Assembly: GCA_963754315.1 (NCBI GenBank) | Contig: CAVWFS010000011.1 | Span: 209,857-273,856, forward strand | Direction: 5' to 3' | DNA from: an uncultured Candidatus Rokubacteria bacterium | Lineage (GTDB): Bacteria > Methylomirabilota > Methylomirabilia > Rokubacteriales > CSP1-6 | DNA length: 64,000 nt | Shown here: positions 62,132 to 64,000 of the stretch, in pieces | Position numbering within the stretch: the first letter of the stretch is position 1 | How the letters are laid out: the number at the start of each line of letters is the position of its first letter | Made by a program: the position numbers and the translations under genes | Notes under the pieces: generated by a model | What the model saw: only the letters and a program-made list of their open reading frames with translations | Database searches by the model: none | What the model was told of the DNA's origin: nothing

Positions 62132-63160
62132 TCAAGTCGTCAGCCGATACACCCGTGCCGCCGTGTCGTGGAGCAGCTTGGCCTTGTCGGCCGGGAGTAC
62201 CCGGTGGTCAGGCGCTTGAACGAGTTCCAGAGCACGGTGTAGCTGCAGCTCACCGCGTCCACGGGGAAGTTCGACTCGAACATGCACCGGTCGGCGCCGA
62301 ACTTCTCGATGGTGAAGTCGTAGTACGGGCGCGTCGCCTCCATCAGCTCCGGCTCGATGGCGGCTTGGGCCGCTCGTGCCAGCCGAAGCCATTCACCTCC
62401 ATGTTGATCCCACCGAGCTTGACCACGACGTTCGGGCAGGTGGCGAGCTCGGCGATGGAGCGCTGCCACTCGGCATAGACCTCGCGGGTCCGGCCGGCAT
62501 GGGAACCGATGCCGATCGGCCCGCCGAAGTGGTTGAGGATGATCGTCGTCTTGGGGAAAGCGCGGGCCAGCGCGGTCACGTCGGGGATCTGTGGGTGATA
62601 GCACCGCGCCTCGAACGTGAGCTGGCGCGGGCCAAGCTCGGCGAACCCGGCGCGAAAGTCATCGCGCAAGAAGAGGCCCTGCGGCGGCGCCGTGCGGTGC
62701 TTGGGCACGGCATCGTCGGCATCCCAGGCCGCGCCGAGGCGAATGCCTCGGAAGCGGCCGCCGCCCGCGGCGATCTGTGCATCGAGCACGTCGCCCACGG
62801 CTTTCCGAGACGGAGCGGCGCCGTCCCGACGATCCCGGCAGCAACCCGCGTCTTGCCGTAGAGGCCGGACGCGCTCATCGCCGCGATTCCGTTCACGAAC
62901 TCCGTCTCCCCGATGTACCGCATCGCCTCCGGCCCGTCGGGCTTCCACATCGCCCCGCACTCGATGAACACGGTGGACACGACGTTGTGCCCGCCACCGC
63001 GGACGTCCTCGAGGATCTCGTCCAGCAGATAGCGCGGAGCGACGCGGCCGCTCACCCTGTCCCACAGGTGATGGTGCGGATCGCAGATCGGCAGCTCCGG
63101 CTCGAACGGCTCCTCGACGGTCAGGCCGAGCCACTCGTGGTTCGTCGTTCGTACCGTCAT
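62132..63160 (-). CDS. Amidohydrolase_2 family protein (frameshifted)
   Basis: DPHHHLW, GETEFVNG, LNHFGGP, VKLGG, MFESNFPVD across three frames. Confidence 0.85.
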
Positions 63161-63173
63161 GGCTCGCGGCTCC

Positions 63174-64000
63174 CTATTTCGGGAGAATCTTCAGCACGTC
63201 CTCGCAGGCCTCGAGCGTCTTCGCCACGTCGTCGGACGAATGGACGAGCGACATGTACATCTTCTGCCCGTTCTTCACCACGCCCCGCTTGATGAGCTCC
63301 GTCGTGAAGGCGCGGCCGAGCGCGGCGTTGCCCTTCTGCAGCGAGCGGTAGTCGACCACCGGCTCGTCGGTGAAGATCAGGTCGAAGACCACGGGCTCGC
63401 CGACCACCTGTGCGGGCAGGCCCGACTTGCCGGCCAGCTCGGTCAGGCCGGCCATGAGGCGCTTGCCGGTGGCGTGAAGCGTCTCGTAGGCGCCGGGCTT
63501 TCTCAGCTCGGCGAGCGTGGCGAGGCCGGCCACCGCGGCGATGGGATTGCCGTTCAGCGTGCCGGACTGGGAGATGAAGTCGCCCTTGCCGTCGTACTGG
63601 GGGTCGAAGGGGCGCATCAGCTCCTCGGACCCGCACACCGCGGCCAGCGGGAAGCCGCCGCCCACGATCTTGCCGACGGCGGCCAGGTCGGGCACGACGT
63701 CGTAGTACTCCTGGGCGCCGCCATAGGCGAGGCGGAATCCCGTGACGACCTCGTCGAAGACGAGCAGCACCTCGTGGCGGCGTGTGATCTCCCGCAGTCC
63801 CTTCAGGAAGCCGGGCTGGGGCGGGACCAGCCGCTGGAACGGCTCGACGATGACCGCGGCCAGCTCGTTGGCGTGGGCAGCGATGATGCCCTCCACCGTG
63901 CCGAGGTCGTTGTACGGCGCGATCAGCACCTCGGCTTCGAGCGAAAGGGGGATGCCCGAGGAGTCCGGCACCGGCGCGGGGAAAGCCTTGGGCGAGCGCG
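63174..64000 (-). CDS. Class III PLP aminotransferase (GSA aminomutase-like), 3' part
   Basis: PYND, IVEP, FDEVVTGFR, GKIVGGGFP, GTLNGNP. Confidence 0.9.
   Translation of the reverse strand, partial: RSPKAFPAPVPDSSGIPLSLEAEVLIAPYNDLGTVEGIIAAHANELAAVIVEPFQRLVPPQPGFLKGLREITRRHEVLLVFDEVVTGFRLAYGGAQEYYDVVPDLAAVGKIVGGGFPLAAVCGSEELMRPFDPQYDGKGDFISQSGTLNGNPIAAVAGLATLAELRKPGAYETLHATGKRLMAGLTELAGKSGLPAQVVGEPVVFDLIFTDEPVVDYRSLQKGNAALGRAFTTELIKRGVVKNGQKMYMSLVHSSDDVAKTLEACEDVLKILPK

Overview
High-GC bacterial chromosomal window. The gene repertoire (adenylate cyclase-AAA-TPR protein, '[11 protein letters not shown]' ABC solute-binding proteins, amidohydrolases, TauD) suggests a Rokubacteria/Methylomirabilota-like soil genome; this is an inference. 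It is an accessory region where intact genes alternate with many gene scraps joined by deletions. Intact or near-intact modules: ligC, a SorC-family regulator coupled to trpBA, a cobalamin-binding protein, a chrB-chrA-chrF chromate locus, two ABC exporters, an adenylate cyclase, a cNMP-domain SLC13 transporter, a phosphoesterase with a two-component pair and lipid kinase, amide-utilisation genes, a TauD/AroQ-like/amidohydrolase operon, a Wzm/Wzt-type polysaccharide cluster and tRNA-Arg(ACG) next to an integrase remnant. The most striking observation is two unlinked small genes (1360-1545, 24245-24406). Each has a sigma54-type promoter, a near-identical RBS, a Lys-rich leader ending DL-x(n)-K-xxx-VKGG, and a core that matches a different segment of the T6SS tube protein Hcp. 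They are candidates for a family of double-glycine-leader 'Hcp-fragment' peptides. Family calls come from motif recognition only; no searches were run.
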